From: Candidatus Saccharimonadales bacterium
Lineage (GTDB): Bacteria > Patescibacteriota > Saccharimonadia > Saccharimonadales > 2-12-FULL-41-12
Length of the DNA: 64,000 bases
Assembly (NCBI GenBank): GCA_025451045.1
Contig: JANWLD010000001.1
Span: 197,812 to 261,811 of the forward strand
Direction of reading: 5' to 3'
In this document: one piece after another, positions 8,439 through 18,030 of the stretch
How positions within the stretch are numbered: position 1 is the stretch's first letter
How the letters are laid out: each line of letters begins with the position of its first letter
The notes under the pieces: model-generated
Databases searched by the model: none
What the model was told of the DNA's origin: nothing
Seen by the model: the letters and a program-made list of their open reading frames with translations, nothing else
Translations under genes and position numbers: made by a program

Positions 8439-9317
8439 ATGAAACTGGAATTAAAGCCGGGGAAATATGTGGTAGCGGTCAGCGGCGGGGTGGATTCTGT
8501 CGTATTGCTGGATTTGCTCTATGAACAGTTGAAAAATCCTGAAAAAAACTTGGCAGTTGCCCATTTTGACCATGGCATCAGGGAAAATTCAGACCGTGAC
8601 CGAAAATTCGTGGAAAAATTAGCCCAAAGCTACAAATTGCAATTTTTTTATGAAGAAGGCGGTCTTGGACCGCAAGCCAGTGAGGCTCTAGCGCGGCAAA
8701 AACGTTATGAATTTTTAAAAAAAGTAAAAGAACAAACAAATTCGTCTTCCATAGTTACTGCCCACCATCAGGATGACGTGCTGGAAACGATAATCATCAA
8801 CCTGCTTCGCGGCACTGGCCGGAAGGGATTATCTTCGCTCGCCAGCCATGACGGCTTGGCAAGGCCGCTGTTGAATTTCCCAAAATCGGAAATTTTAGAC
8901 TATGCGAAAAGTAGAGGCTTGCGCTGGCAGGAAGACGAAAGCAACTTGGACCAAAAATACTTGAGGAACTACATACGACATAATTTGGTAAACAAATTAA
9001 GCCGCGCCCAAAAGAAAAAGCTGTTGGAAATTTCCCGCACCGCACGAGGCAAGAACCGGCAAATCGATGAGTCGCTACAAAATCTGTTTTTTCAAAATGA
9101 CGGAATCCCGCGCAAGCTGTTCGTTAGTCTTTCCCATGATATTTCATCGGAAATTATTGCGCAGTGGCTAAGGCGGGAAAATGCACGGCTGGATAAAAAA
9201 ACGATAGATAGATTAGTCATTCAGCTCAAAACAGCCCGGCAAGGAAAGATAATCGAAGCCAACCAAGCAAAATACTTTGTAATTAACCAAGGCATTATTC
9301 GCCTCAAGACCTCTTAA
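8439..9317 (+). CDS. tilS: tRNA(Ile)-lysidine synthetase
   Basis: PP-loop VAVSGGVDSVVLLD and HFDHGIRE; conserved position immediately upstream of ftsH. Confidence 0.9.
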   Translation: MKLELKPGKYVVAVSGGVDSVVLLDLLYEQLKNPEKNLAVAHFDHGIRENSDRDRKFVEKLAQSYKLQFFYEEGGLGPQASEALARQKRYEFLKKVKEQTNSSSIVTAHHQDDVLETIIINLLRGTGRKGLSSLASHDGLARPLLNFPKSEILDYAKSRGLRWQEDESNLDQKYLRNYIRHNLVNKLSRAQKKKLLEISRTARGKNRQIDESLQNLFFQNDGIPRKLFVSLSHDISSEIIAQWLRRENARLDKKTIDRLVIQLKTARQGKIIEANQAKYFVINQGIIRLKTS

Positions 9318-9340
9318 AGATGTATAATAAATTTCTGTAA

Positions 9341-11212
9341 ATGAGTAACAAGCCTTTCAGGATAAAAGGGAACGGACCGAAAAAACCCAACCGTCATTAT
9401 AAAAATGCCGGATTCGTGGCTTTATTACTTCTTTTCGGATTGATTATATATGCTTCAACCGCTCAGCCGAGCAGCCTGAAAGAAGTCGCGTATTCTGATG
9501 TCATAAACCGGGCGAACAAAGGGGAAATCAAGCAGATTGAGATATCCGGAAATGAACTTAAGATAACCAAAAAAGATGATGATAAAGCTAGTGAAAAATC
9601 ACTTAAGGAAGCTAGTTCAAGCATTTACGAACAAGGCTTGAACAAAGACGCGCCTGTTGTAATCGTCAACAAGCCGGAGTCCAATAGCAGTGCTTTCTGG
9701 CAACAACTAGGCCTGGCGTTACTTCCGATTTTCGTTATCGGGATATTGCTGTTTTATATGCTTAGAAGCGCCCAAGGGCAAGGCAATCAGGCACTCAGTT
9801 TTGGTAAAAGCCGGGCAAGGCTTTACGGCAATGAAAAGGATAAGGTAATTTTTAGCGACATTGCCGGTAGCATAGAAGCAAAAGAAGATTTACAGGAAGT
9901 GGTCGAGTTTTTAAAATTTCCTAAGAAGTTCGAACACGTTGGAGCGCGGATTCCCAAGGGGGTACTGTTAATCGGCCCGCCGGGTACCGGCAAGACGATG
10001 CTAGCCCGGGCAGTAGCCGGCGAAGCCAACGCGCCATTCTTTTCCATCAGCGGCTCGGAATTCGTCGAGATGTTCGTCGGTGTAGGCGCCAGCCGCGTCC
10101 GCGACCTTTTTGCCAAAGCCAAGAAAAACGCCCCGTGTATCATTTTCGTTGATGAAATTGATGCTGTCGGCCGCCGACGTGGTAGCGGCATGGGCGGCGG
10201 CCATGATGAGCGCGAACAGACCTTGAATCAGATATTGGTCGAAATGGACGGCTTTGAACAAGGCCAAAATGTGATAGTTCTAGCGGCGACTAACCGAGCC
10301 GACGTACTAGACCCGGCACTGCTTCGTCCCGGCCGATTTGACCGGAGGGTTAATATCAGTTTGCCCGATAGAAAAGATAGAAAAGCCATTCTTAAGAAAC
10401 ATTTTGACAAAAAGCCGCTTGAGAAAAATGTTGACCTTGATGCGCTGGCCGCAAAAACTGCTGGTACATCCGGTGCCGACTTGGCAAATATTACCAATGA
10501 AGCGGCAATTTTGGCAGCCCGTAAGAACCGCAAGACCATCAGTGAAGATATCGTTACCGAAGCTTTTGAAAAAGTAGCCATCGGCCCCGAGCGCAAGAGT
10601 AAAGTAATGAGCGATAAAGAAAAAGAATTGACTGCCTATCACGAAGCAGGCCATGCGGTAGTTGGACACGTTCTGCCGGATAGTGATCCAATCCATAAAG
10701 TTACAATTATCTCCCGTGGGCAAACCGGCGGGGTTACTTGGGCTATTCCTCCGGAAGACAAAAGCTATCACAGCATCATAGAGTTTAAAGACGTGTTAGC
10801 CCGTATGTTGGGGGGAAGAATTGCCGAAGAATTAGTATATGGCGAGGATAGGGTAACAACTGGCGCCGGATCGGATCTGCCAAAAGCGGCAGAACTGGCC
10901 CGCGAAATGGTAGTCAACCAGGGTATGGGCAAGAAACTTCGCAATCAGGTTTTTCATGTCGAGGAAGGTATGATGCTGGAGCGCATGGTGCATGAACGGC
11001 AGTATTCGGATGAAACAGCAAAAGTTATTGATGATGAAGTCGAAGACCTGATAAGCGAAGCGGCCATAAGGGCTCGTGAAGTAATTAAGGCCAATAAAGA
11101 CAAACTGGAAAAATTGAAAGACGTATTATTAGAAAAAGAAACAGTCGAAGCCGAAGAAGTAATTGAAATCCTTAAGGGCTCAGTGCTTCCAAAAACGGCT
11201 ATGCTCTACTGA
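9341..11212 (+). CDS. ftsH: ATP-dependent zinc metalloprotease FtsH
   Basis: Two N-terminal TM segments, Walker A GPPGTGKT, Walker B IIFVDEID, zinc site [10 protein letters not shown]; 623 aa. Confidence 0.97.
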   Translation: MSNKPFRIKGNGPKKPNRHYKNAGFVALLLLFGLIIYASTAQPSSLKEVAYSDVINRANKGEIKQIEISGNELKITKKDDDKASEKSLKEASSSIYEQGLNKDAPVVIVNKPESNSSAFWQQLGLALLPIFVIGILLFYMLRSAQGQGNQALSFGKSRARLYGNEKDKVIFSDIAGSIEAKEDLQEVVEFLKFPKKFEHVGARIPKGVLLIGPPGTGKTMLARAVAGEANAPFFSISGSEFVEMFVGVGASRVRDLFAKAKKNAPCIIFVDEIDAVGRRRGSGMGGGHDEREQTLNQILVEMDGFEQGQNVIVLAATNRADVLDPALLRPGRFDRRVNISLPDRKDRKAILKKHFDKKPLEKNVDLDALAAKTAGTSGADLANITNEAAILAARKNRKTISEDIVTEAFEKVAIGPERKSKVMSDKEKELTAYHEAGHAVVGHVLPDSDPIHKVTIISRGQTGGVTWAIPPEDKSYHSIIEFKDVLARMLGGRIAEELVYGEDRVTTGAGSDLPKAAELAREMVVNQGMGKKLRNQVFHVEEGMMLERMVHERQYSDETAKVIDDEVEDLISEAAIRAREVIKANKDKLEKLKDVLLEKETVEAEEVIEILKGSVLPKTAMLY

Positions 11213-11213
11213 A

Positions 11214-11240
11214 ATGAGAAACCCATTCTGGGTTTCTCAT
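11214..11240 (+). terminator. strong hairpin after ftsH (terminator-like, no clear U-tract)
   Basis: ATGAGAAACCC-attct-GGGTTTCTCAT, an 11-bp perfect stem starting 2 nt after the stop codon. Confidence 0.45.
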
Positions 11241-11343
11241 CGCGCGGCGCGCAGCAATAAATGCTGACGCTCCGGCTGCTCTTCCCAGTCTGTATGAATT
11301 TGGGTTAGAGTTTGTCCGCGACATTGAATATAATAAAGTGTAA

Positions 11344-12939
11344 ATGAGCAAAAATCGTTTTTTGACGCGTGCTAATAAACGCATATCGTTGAGCAGTGCA
11401 GCCACTTTATTGATAGTTACGACGCTAGCCGGCCAGATACTAGGCCTTTTCCGAACGAAATTGGTCAATGCCAACTTTCCACCCTATGGGCCGCAAAGCA
11501 CCGACGCTTACTTCGCTGCTTTCAAAATTCCGGATTTTTTCTATTTTACCTTAGCTGCCGGTGCGCTTGGCGTGGCCTTCATGCCGATTCTGGCCGACAA
11601 GCTGGCCAAAGGTGATAAAAAAGCGGTCTGGGAACTAAGCAACAGTTTACTTAACCTACTGGCAATGGTCATGATAGCCGTCGGGGTGATAATCCTTATC
11701 TTTGCCGAGCCGTTGATTCACTATGTGGTCGCTCCGAATATGACGCCGGAACAATTGCACAACGCCTCGACCATAATGCGGCTGATTGCTTTTAACCCTC
11801 TGTTCTTTACTATCTCGGCAATTTTTATGAGTGTTCAGCAGACTCTCGGCCGTTTCTTCTTCTATGCTTTCGCGCCGCTTTTGTACAACATCTCTATCAT
11901 AGCCAGTATATTCATATTCAGGGACAACCTTGGCTTAATCGGTTTGGGGATTGGCGCTTTGGTCGGTATAGTCCTGCAGGTATTGGTCGCGCTTTTAGGC
12001 TTTGTCGGTATGCGCTATCGTTACAACGCCAAAATAAAATGGCAGAACCCGGACTTTCGGTTGATACTGCGCCAATTGCCGCCGCGTTCAATCGATCAGG
12101 GAGTGGATTCACTGAACAGTATCGTAGAAACCAATTTTGCCCGGCGGCTAGGGGAAGGCAAGCTTAGCTTTTACGAAAACGCTAATGTTCTTCAGACCGC
12201 GCCGACGTTGCTTATTGGAACAACAATTTCCACCGCGGCTTTCCCGCGGCTTAATGACCGACTAGCCCAAGGCCGCAGCGATTTGTTCCGACGTGATTTC
12301 CTGCGGGTACTAAAGGTTATAGTTTGGATTATCATTCCGGTAGTAATCATATGTTATTTTGCCCGCGGCTACCTGGCTCGCTTGATTTTCAGCCGTAATG
12401 CTCCGGAAATAGCAGCTATTTTCGGTTTCTTTGCCGGCGCTATTTTATTTCGTACCATATATACGCTTATTTCCAGATGGTTCTATTCGCAGAAAGATAC
12501 AAAAACGCCGCTGTTTGTTTCACTTTTCGCGATAGTCTTAAACGTCTTTTTGGCTTACAAGCTATCACGGCCATCGGCTTATGACGTTTCCGGCTTGGCA
12601 TTAGCTCAATCCATAGTGGCGGCAGTCGAAGTAGCGATACTTTCATTTATAATGGTTATTCGCGATCACAAGCTCATCGATGCTTATTTCTGGAACGGGA
12701 TTTTCAGGATAATGGCGGCTACCGGTTTTACTATCGTCGCTGCTTATACCATGTTACAGATTTTCCCCCTTGAAGCATCCGATAAAGGATTTATCCAGCT
12801 GGGTACGAAACTGGTGGCCATATCGTTTGTTACTATGCTGGTTCATTTTCTCGCGTCACTCTTGTTCGGGGTTGAAGAGGCCAAGGTATTTATCGGCCGG
12901 GTTAAGCAAACTGTTATGTCTCCCATCCGCATCCAATAG
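11344..12939 (+). CDS. murJ: lipid II flippase MurJ/MviN
   Basis: 531-aa polytopic protein. The N-terminus (ILGLFRTKLVNANFP...TDAYFAAFKIPDFFY) is typical of MurJ. Confidence 0.9.
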   Translation: MSKNRFLTRANKRISLSSAATLLIVTTLAGQILGLFRTKLVNANFPPYGPQSTDAYFAAFKIPDFFYFTLAAGALGVAFMPILADKLAKGDKKAVWELSNSLLNLLAMVMIAVGVIILIFAEPLIHYVVAPNMTPEQLHNASTIMRLIAFNPLFFTISAIFMSVQQTLGRFFFYAFAPLLYNISIIASIFIFRDNLGLIGLGIGALVGIVLQVLVALLGFVGMRYRYNAKIKWQNPDFRLILRQLPPRSIDQGVDSLNSIVETNFARRLGEGKLSFYENANVLQTAPTLLIGTTISTAAFPRLNDRLAQGRSDLFRRDFLRVLKVIVWIIIPVVIICYFARGYLARLIFSRNAPEIAAIFGFFAGAILFRTIYTLISRWFYSQKDTKTPLFVSLFAIVLNVFLAYKLSRPSAYDVSGLALAQSIVAAVEVAILSFIMVIRDHKLIDAYFWNGIFRIMAATGFTIVAAYTMLQIFPLEASDKGFIQLGTKLVAISFVTMLVHFLASLLFGVEEAKVFIGRVKQTVMSPIRIQ

Positions 12940-12942
12940 ATT

Positions 12943-14727
12943 ATGAACCAGGAAAAAATTCGCAACTTCTGCATAATCGCGCATATTGACCACGGGAAAT
13001 CCACTTTGGCAGATAGATTGCTTGAATTGACTGGTACGGTCAATAAGCGTGATATGAAAGAACAGCTGTTGGACAAGATGGAGCTAGAGCGGGAAAAGGG
13101 AATTACCATCAAACTAGCGCCGGTCCGGATGGACTATAAAGGCTTTCAGCTTAATCTTATTGATACGCCGGGCCATGTCGACTTCAGCTATGAAGTTTCG
13201 CGCAGCCTGCAAGCCTGCGAAGGAGCAATACTGGTCGTTGATGCCAGCCAAGGCGTCCAAGCTCAGACCTTAGCTAATTTGTACTTGGCAATAGAAGCGA
13301 ACTTAAAAATTATACCGGTGCTAAATAAAATCGATTTGCCGGCGGCGGATGTCGAGAAAGTTAGCAATGAGATTATCAGCTTAACAGGCTGTTCTAAAAA
13401 TGACATCTTGCTTGTTTCAGCAAAAACCGGCGAGGGCGTGGAACAGATTTTAGAAAAACTAATTGCAGAAATTCCTCAGCCAAAGGGTAAAGAGAGCAAG
13501 CCCGCCCGAGCTCTTATCTTCGACAGTTATTATGATGATTACCGCGGTGTAATTCTTTATTTAAGGATTGTGGACGGGAGTATTGCTAAAAACGCTGAGA
13601 TAAAAATGCTAGCAACCAATGCACGCGGCATAGCGCTGGAAGCCGGCTCGCTAAGTCCGGTTATGAAGCCATCAAGCAAACTGGAAACCGGCGAAATCGG
13701 CTACGTGGTTACCAACTTGAAAAGTACCAAAGAAGCAAAAGTCGGCGACACCGTCACTTTAGCCTCTGAGAATGGCGGCATAGAGGCCTTGCCCGGTTAT
13801 AAAGAAGTATTACCCTTTGTCTACGCCGGCTTTTTCACCGAATCCAACGAAGGCTACCAAGACCTAAAGGACGCGATTGAAAAATTAAGCCTAAGCGATT
13901 CGGCGCTTCAGTATGAGCTTGAAAATTCGCCGGTGCTTGGCTTTGGCGTACGGATCGGCTTTCTCGGCTTACTTCATATGGATATAGTGCGCGAGCGTTT
14001 GGAACGCGAATATAATCTTGATTTAATCGTTACCAATCCAAGCACTGATTATCATGTAGTTTTAAATAATGGCGCCAATATTGATATCAAAAGTGCTGCT
14101 GATTTGCCTGACCCGGCGAATATCCGCGAAATTGCCGAGCCGTGGATAAAAGGCGAAATAGTCGTGCCAAAAGATTTCGTCGGCGGGGTAATTCAGCTTA
14201 TTTCAGCTAAGAGAGGAATTCATAAGAATGTCAGTTATGTTGACGAGCAGTTGGCGCTGATAAGTTTTGATGCGCCGCTGGCAAACCTTTTGACCGATTT
14301 TTATGACCAGCTTAAAAGCCTGACTAGCGGCTACGGCAGTTTTAATTATGAACTTGCAAATTACCGCCCGGAGGATTTGGTACGGGTAGATTTTTATGTG
14401 GCCGGGGAGATTGTCGCGGCATTATCGGTTATGGCTCACAAATCGGAGGCGGAATCATTAGGCCGAATGGTAGTGGAGAAGTTGAAGGAAGTCATACCGC
14501 GGCAGAACTTTCAGGTACCTCTGCAGGCTGCTATCGGCGGGCGGTTTATCGCTCGTGAGGACATCAAAGCTTACCGCAAAGACGTAACCGCCAAACTCTA
14601 TGGCGGCGATGTGTCCCGGCGCAAAAAACTTTTGGCCAAACAAAAGAAAGGCAAAGCCCGCGCCAAGAGATTCGGCAATGTAGATATTCCAGCCGAAGCT
14701 TTCACTGTGCTCTTGAAACGTGATTAA
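12943..14727 (+). CDS. lepA: elongation factor 4 (LepA)
   Basis: IRNFCIIAHIDHGKSTLADRLLE, DTPGHVDF and NKIDLP GTPase motifs, plus a LepA-type C-terminus; 594 aa. Confidence 0.97.
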   Translation: MNQEKIRNFCIIAHIDHGKSTLADRLLELTGTVNKRDMKEQLLDKMELEREKGITIKLAPVRMDYKGFQLNLIDTPGHVDFSYEVSRSLQACEGAILVVDASQGVQAQTLANLYLAIEANLKIIPVLNKIDLPAADVEKVSNEIISLTGCSKNDILLVSAKTGEGVEQILEKLIAEIPQPKGKESKPARALIFDSYYDDYRGVILYLRIVDGSIAKNAEIKMLATNARGIALEAGSLSPVMKPSSKLETGEIGYVVTNLKSTKEAKVGDTVTLASENGGIEALPGYKEVLPFVYAGFFTESNEGYQDLKDAIEKLSLSDSALQYELENSPVLGFGVRIGFLGLLHMDIVRERLEREYNLDLIVTNPSTDYHVVLNNGANIDIKSAADLPDPANIREIAEPWIKGEIVVPKDFVGGVIQLISAKRGIHKNVSYVDEQLALISFDAPLANLLTDFYDQLKSLTSGYGSFNYELANYRPEDLVRVDFYVAGEIVAALSVMAHKSEAESLGRMVVEKLKEVIPRQNFQVPLQAAIGGRFIAREDIKAYRKDVTAKLYGGDVSRRKKLLAKQKKGKARAKRFGNVDIPAEAFTVLLKRD

Positions 14728-14754
14728 AGGGGTAAAGTATCGTATTATCTAGGT

Positions 14755-15030
14755 ATGGCAATTAAAGAACTTACAAAAGAACAAATAGAAAACATAAATA
14801 AACAAGAAGAAAAAATCTTGACATTGCTCAAATCAGAGCAAAAACGGGCTAAAGAAAAATTTCCGCTGACATATGCTTTGCTTGCTACCTTCGGGGTTGC
14901 TTGCGTGTTCGCCGGCCTCAATAGAATAATTGCCAAGATTGATTTTTTAGATACCCACCCAATAACTCTTGTGGCATTGGGCTTAGTTATACTACTATTC
15001 ACCGGCGCGGCATATAAGAAGCTTGGCTGA
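14755..15030 (+). CDS. small 2-TM membrane protein
   Basis: 91 aa with a charged N-terminal helix followed by two hydrophobic helices. Its stop overlaps the gmk start (TGATG). Confidence 0.6.
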   Translation: MAIKELTKEQIENINKQEEKILTLLKSEQKRAKEKFPLTYALLATFGVACVFAGLNRIIAKIDFLDTHPITLVALGLVILLFTGAAYKKLG

Positions 15031-15737
15031 TGCAAAACGAACTTCTTGAAGCAATAAAAAACTACAAAATGCCCCATGAGGCAATCGAACTTTTGGACAA
15101 AGCAAAAGTAGTTTTTCTGGTCGGCGTTTCCGGTGCGGGCAAGAACACGATTTTAAGAGAATTATTAAAAACCGGTAAATATAAGCTGGTAATCTCGCAC
15201 ACCACCCGCAAACCGCGCAAAAATCATGGCGTCATGGAGCGTCATGGACAGGCCTATCATTTTATTGACGAAAATGAAGCCGTGAAGATGCTGGAAAACG
15301 GACAATTCATCGAAGCTAAGCAATACAGCGGGAATATTTATGGTACCAGCATAAAAGAAGTCGAAAATGCTTATAGAAGAGGTAAGATTGCAATATCGGA
15401 TATTGAAGTACAAGGCGTAGCGGAATATATGGGAGCTTCGGCAAATGTTACGCCTATATTTATCCTGCCGCCGGATTTCAATACGTGGAAACAGAGACTT
15501 AAAGATCGCTTCAGGGGCTTGAACCGCGACTGGCAGGAGATGCAAAAACGTTTGGATACCGCCAAAAAAGAATTGCATGAAGCCCTTTCCAAGGATTATT
15601 TCGAATTTGTGATTAATGACGATTTGGCTGCCACGGTAAAAATAGTAGATAAAGTTGCCCATGGCCACTTATCTATGGAAAAGAATGACCAGGCTCGGCA
15701 AGTTGCCCAAGATTTGCTTACTAAGCTAAGCGCTTAA
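15030..15737 (+). CDS. gmk: guanylate kinase
   Basis: P-loop GVSGAGKNT, SHTTRKPR...YHF and GNIYGT motifs. Confidence 0.85.
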   Translation: MQNELLEAIKNYKMPHEAIELLDKAKVVFLVGVSGAGKNTILRELLKTGKYKLVISHTTRKPRKNHGVMERHGQAYHFIDENEAVKMLENGQFIEAKQYSGNIYGTSIKEVENAYRRGKIAISDIEVQGVAEYMGASANVTPIFILPPDFNTWKQRLKDRFRGLNRDWQEMQKRLDTAKKELHEALSKDYFEFVINDDLAATVKIVDKVAHGHLSMEKNDQARQVAQDLLTKLSA

Positions 15738-15776
15738 CCTTGCAAAAACAATAGCCAATGCAATAATTAATAAATT

Positions 15777-16244
15777 ATGGGAAATCCACATCATTTTGAA
15801 CCGGCTGGCAGTATCCTCTATGACAAGGCCCAGGAATTAGGGCACGAATTCTTATTAGGACGGATCGGAAGGCTTACTTATGATTTGCCCCAGCGTTCAC
15901 TGCCCGGTCAATCACATAACGCCTTAGCTTCAGTCATTGCTTCGGAAGCTTCACTTGATATAAAACTGGAAAAAGCCTGGGAGGGTCCTGATCCATTACA
16001 TGGGGCCGGAACTACACAGGTTACAGAAGTTCGTATAGGCCGTGACCCGAAAAACCCTAGAAATATTAAAGAAATTGATGCTGCAAGGTATTATTTTAGC
16101 AATTCGCATAAATCAGCAAATGTAGCAGCCTTTAGTTTGAAAAGAGTCGCAGGAGAAGCTAATCAAATTAGTCAGAGCGGGAACATGGGGCTTTGGGTAG
16201 TCACGCGCTGCATCGGCAAAGCGGTACGAATTTCCTCACGCTGA
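15777..16244 (+). CDS. hypothetical protein, 155 aa
   Basis: ORF with ATG start. Promoter-like TTGCAA (15740-15745), 16-nt spacer, AATAAT (15762-15767), then only 9 nt to the ATG. No recognisable domain. Confidence 0.55.
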   Translation: MGNPHHFEPAGSILYDKAQELGHEFLLGRIGRLTYDLPQRSLPGQSHNALASVIASEASLDIKLEKAWEGPDPLHGAGTTQVTEVRIGRDPKNPRNIKEIDAARYYFSNSHKSANVAAFSLKRVAGEANQISQSGNMGLWVVTRCIGKAVRISSR

Positions 16245-16246
16245 AG

Positions 16247-16273
16247 TTGGCACTCTTGATTATTGAGTGCTAA
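16247..16273 (+). promoter_or_regulatory. CIRCE operator (HrcA binding site) overlapping the hrcA promoter
   Basis: TTGGCACTC-N9-GAGTGCTAA. It is embedded in TTGATT (16256-16261), 17-nt spacer, TATAAT (16279-16284), with the ATG at 16295. Confidence 0.9.
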
Positions 16274-16294
16274 TTTTATATAATCCAAGGTATT

Positions 16295-16990
16295 ATGTCG
16301 CCTCGTCAGGAGCAAATACTTAGAGCTATTGTCGAACAATATGCCGAAGTTGCCAGCCCGGTTGGCAGTAGCCTGCTGGCTAAAGTTTTTAATGTTTCAA
16401 GCGCAACAATCCGTTCCGAGATGGCCGAACTTGAAAAACTCGGTTTTATCTCGCAGCCTCATACCAGTGCCGGCCGTATTCCAACGGACAAGGGCTATAG
16501 GTATTATGTGAATAATGTTTCTGATTCACCAAACAAGGAAGAGTCCCGTGCAGAGAAAGCCCTTACTTCAAGGGTAAACCACGCTGGCTTGCCAGAACAG
16601 ACTATCCGAAATGCTGTAGATACTTTGGTGGAACTCACTCACAATCTTGGCTTGGCTACCATCGGCGACCAGCTTTATATGAGCGGGTTGTCCAACCTTT
16701 TTGGCCAGCCAGAATTCATGCATCCCGGCCAGGTTCAGGAAGTTGCACGACTCTTGGATAATCTAGAACCATGGCTTCAGGAAGCCGCACCAAATAAGCC
16801 CCTCAGCGTATTTATTGGCCAAGAAAACCCAATAGGCCGCGGTGCCGGCTGCAGCCTGATAATATCGAAATTCCGTAGTCCATACAGCGATAGAAGCTAC
16901 GTTGGCGTACTTGGTCCAACTAGGCAAAGTTACCGCAACGTAATGGGCTTGGTGCAACACGCCGGCAAATCCCTTGAGGAGATACTATAG
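16295..16990 (+). CDS. hrcA: heat-inducible transcription repressor HrcA (short form, 231 aa)
   Basis: N-terminal wHTH (ILRAIVEQY...VGSSLLA...SSATIRSEMAELEKLGFISQPHTSAGRIPTDKGYRYYV) and C-terminal YVGVLGPTRQSYRNV. Confidence 0.9.
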   Translation: MSPRQEQILRAIVEQYAEVASPVGSSLLAKVFNVSSATIRSEMAELEKLGFISQPHTSAGRIPTDKGYRYYVNNVSDSPNKEESRAEKALTSRVNHAGLPEQTIRNAVDTLVELTHNLGLATIGDQLYMSGLSNLFGQPEFMHPGQVQEVARLLDNLEPWLQEAAPNKPLSVFIGQENPIGRGAGCSLIISKFRSPYSDRSYVGVLGPTRQSYRNVMGLVQHAGKSLEEIL

Positions 16991-16991
16991 A

Positions 16992-17339
16992 ATGAGTACC
17001 CCAGAAGTTTTATCAAGCCGTGAAAAACGTGACCAGAAAAATCGAGAACGTGTCTATCTAGCATTGCCTCATCTGGAAAAATTGGTAGAGCTTTGGGCTG
17101 ATCACCTTGAGTTTTGGGATAGGAGCGGAGGTTTGGATAATGCTACTCAGGAAGAACTTGACCAAGCACGGGATAGCATTAAAGCCAAAGCCGAAAAAAT
17201 ATTAGAAGAACATTACCCCGGCGATATATCTATAGTAGAGGCTCATGTTAATCTTGCTCTTCACACCGCAATTGGTATGAGAAAAGAAGCCGCATTAGTA
17301 AGCCTGGGAGATTTTGATGGCCAAAAAGCCGACAGTTAA
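16992..17339 (+). CDS. hypothetical acidic protein, 115 aa, inserted between hrcA and grpE
   Basis: ATG 1 nt after the hrcA stop with GAGGAG about 10 nt upstream. The 3' end overlaps grpE by about 23 nt. No recognisable domain. Confidence 0.55.
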   Translation: MSTPEVLSSREKRDQKNRERVYLALPHLEKLVELWADHLEFWDRSGGLDNATQEELDQARDSIKAKAEKILEEHYPGDISIVEAHVNLALHTAIGMRKEAALVSLGDFDGQKADS

Positions 17340-17772
17340 AGAATTAGAGCAAAAAATCGGCGAGTTGACCGAAGCTCTGCAGCGTGAGCGTGCCGATGCC
17401 ATCAATATTCGCCGTCGGCACGATGAACAGATAAATCATCTAAGAGATATAGTAAAATCCGGAGTTGTTAAAGACTTGCTGCCTGTAATAGACAACTTTG
17501 AGCGGGCACTTTCGCATGTACCAAAAGATTTGGAAAACAATGATTACGTAAAAGGTGTCCAGGTTATAGTCAAACAGTTTGAGAAAACTCTGGAAGGCAT
17601 AGGTGTTAAGAGGATAAAAACCGTTGGGGAAGTTTTCGACCCACATTTACACGAAGCTGTGAGCGTGGAAGGCGAAGGCGCAGAAGAAATTATCAGCGAA
17701 GAACTTCAAGCTGGCTACACCCTAGGCGACGAAGTTATCCGCCACGCCATCGTAAAAGTAAAGAGTAATTAG
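17317..17772 (+). CDS. grpE: nucleotide exchange factor GrpE
   Basis: GrpE-like coiled N-terminus and a C-terminal region containing VKRIKTVGEVFDPHLHEAV. ATG at 17317 with GGGAG 6 nt upstream (the ORF track starts at TTG 17314). Confidence 0.92.
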   Translation: MAKKPTVKELEQKIGELTEALQRERADAINIRRRHDEQINHLRDIVKSGVVKDLLPVIDNFERALSHVPKDLENNDYVKGVQVIVKQFEKTLEGIGVKRIKTVGEVFDPHLHEAVSVEGEGAEEIISEELQAGYTLGDEVIRHAIVKVKSN

Positions 17773-17782
17773 CACTCTTGAC
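17769..17782 (+). repeat. isolated CIRCE left half-site plus -35-like TTGAC; direct repeat of 17951-17964
   Basis: TTAGCACTCTTGAC occurs identically at 17769-17782 (overlapping the grpE stop codon) and at 17951-17964. The first copy has no right arm. Confidence 0.8.
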
Positions 17783-17950
17783 GGCGTGTCAAAATCCTAA
17801 GTATCTTTCATTGCCTGAACTTCTTCATCACGCCAGATTTACTTACTTTTTGCTCCAGTCCAGCTTACCGTATCTAAGGATACGATTCGCTCAGGGCTTC
17901 GCAAAGAAGCAAGTCCTCTGGCTATTCAAAAGCTCAATCAACGAAACATG

Positions 17951-17977
17951 TTAGCACTCTTGACACGAGAGTGCTAA
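17951..17977 (+). promoter_or_regulatory. CIRCE operator overlapping the dnaK promoter
   Basis: Perfect TTAGCACTC-N9-GAGTGCTAA. TTGACA (17960-17965), 17-nt spacer, TATACT (17983-17988). Confidence 0.95.
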
Positions 17978-18030
17978 TTTTTTATACTGGCACTATATAG
18001 GTATGACTGCTAATTAAGAAAGGGTAATTA

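Noticed and set aside
17783-17950. A MITE or other mobile element bounded by the 14-nt direct repeat
   Set aside because: There are no terminal inverted repeats inside the direct repeats, no second copy elsewhere in the window, and no transposase. A local duplication of the CIRCE/-35 region is the simpler explanation.
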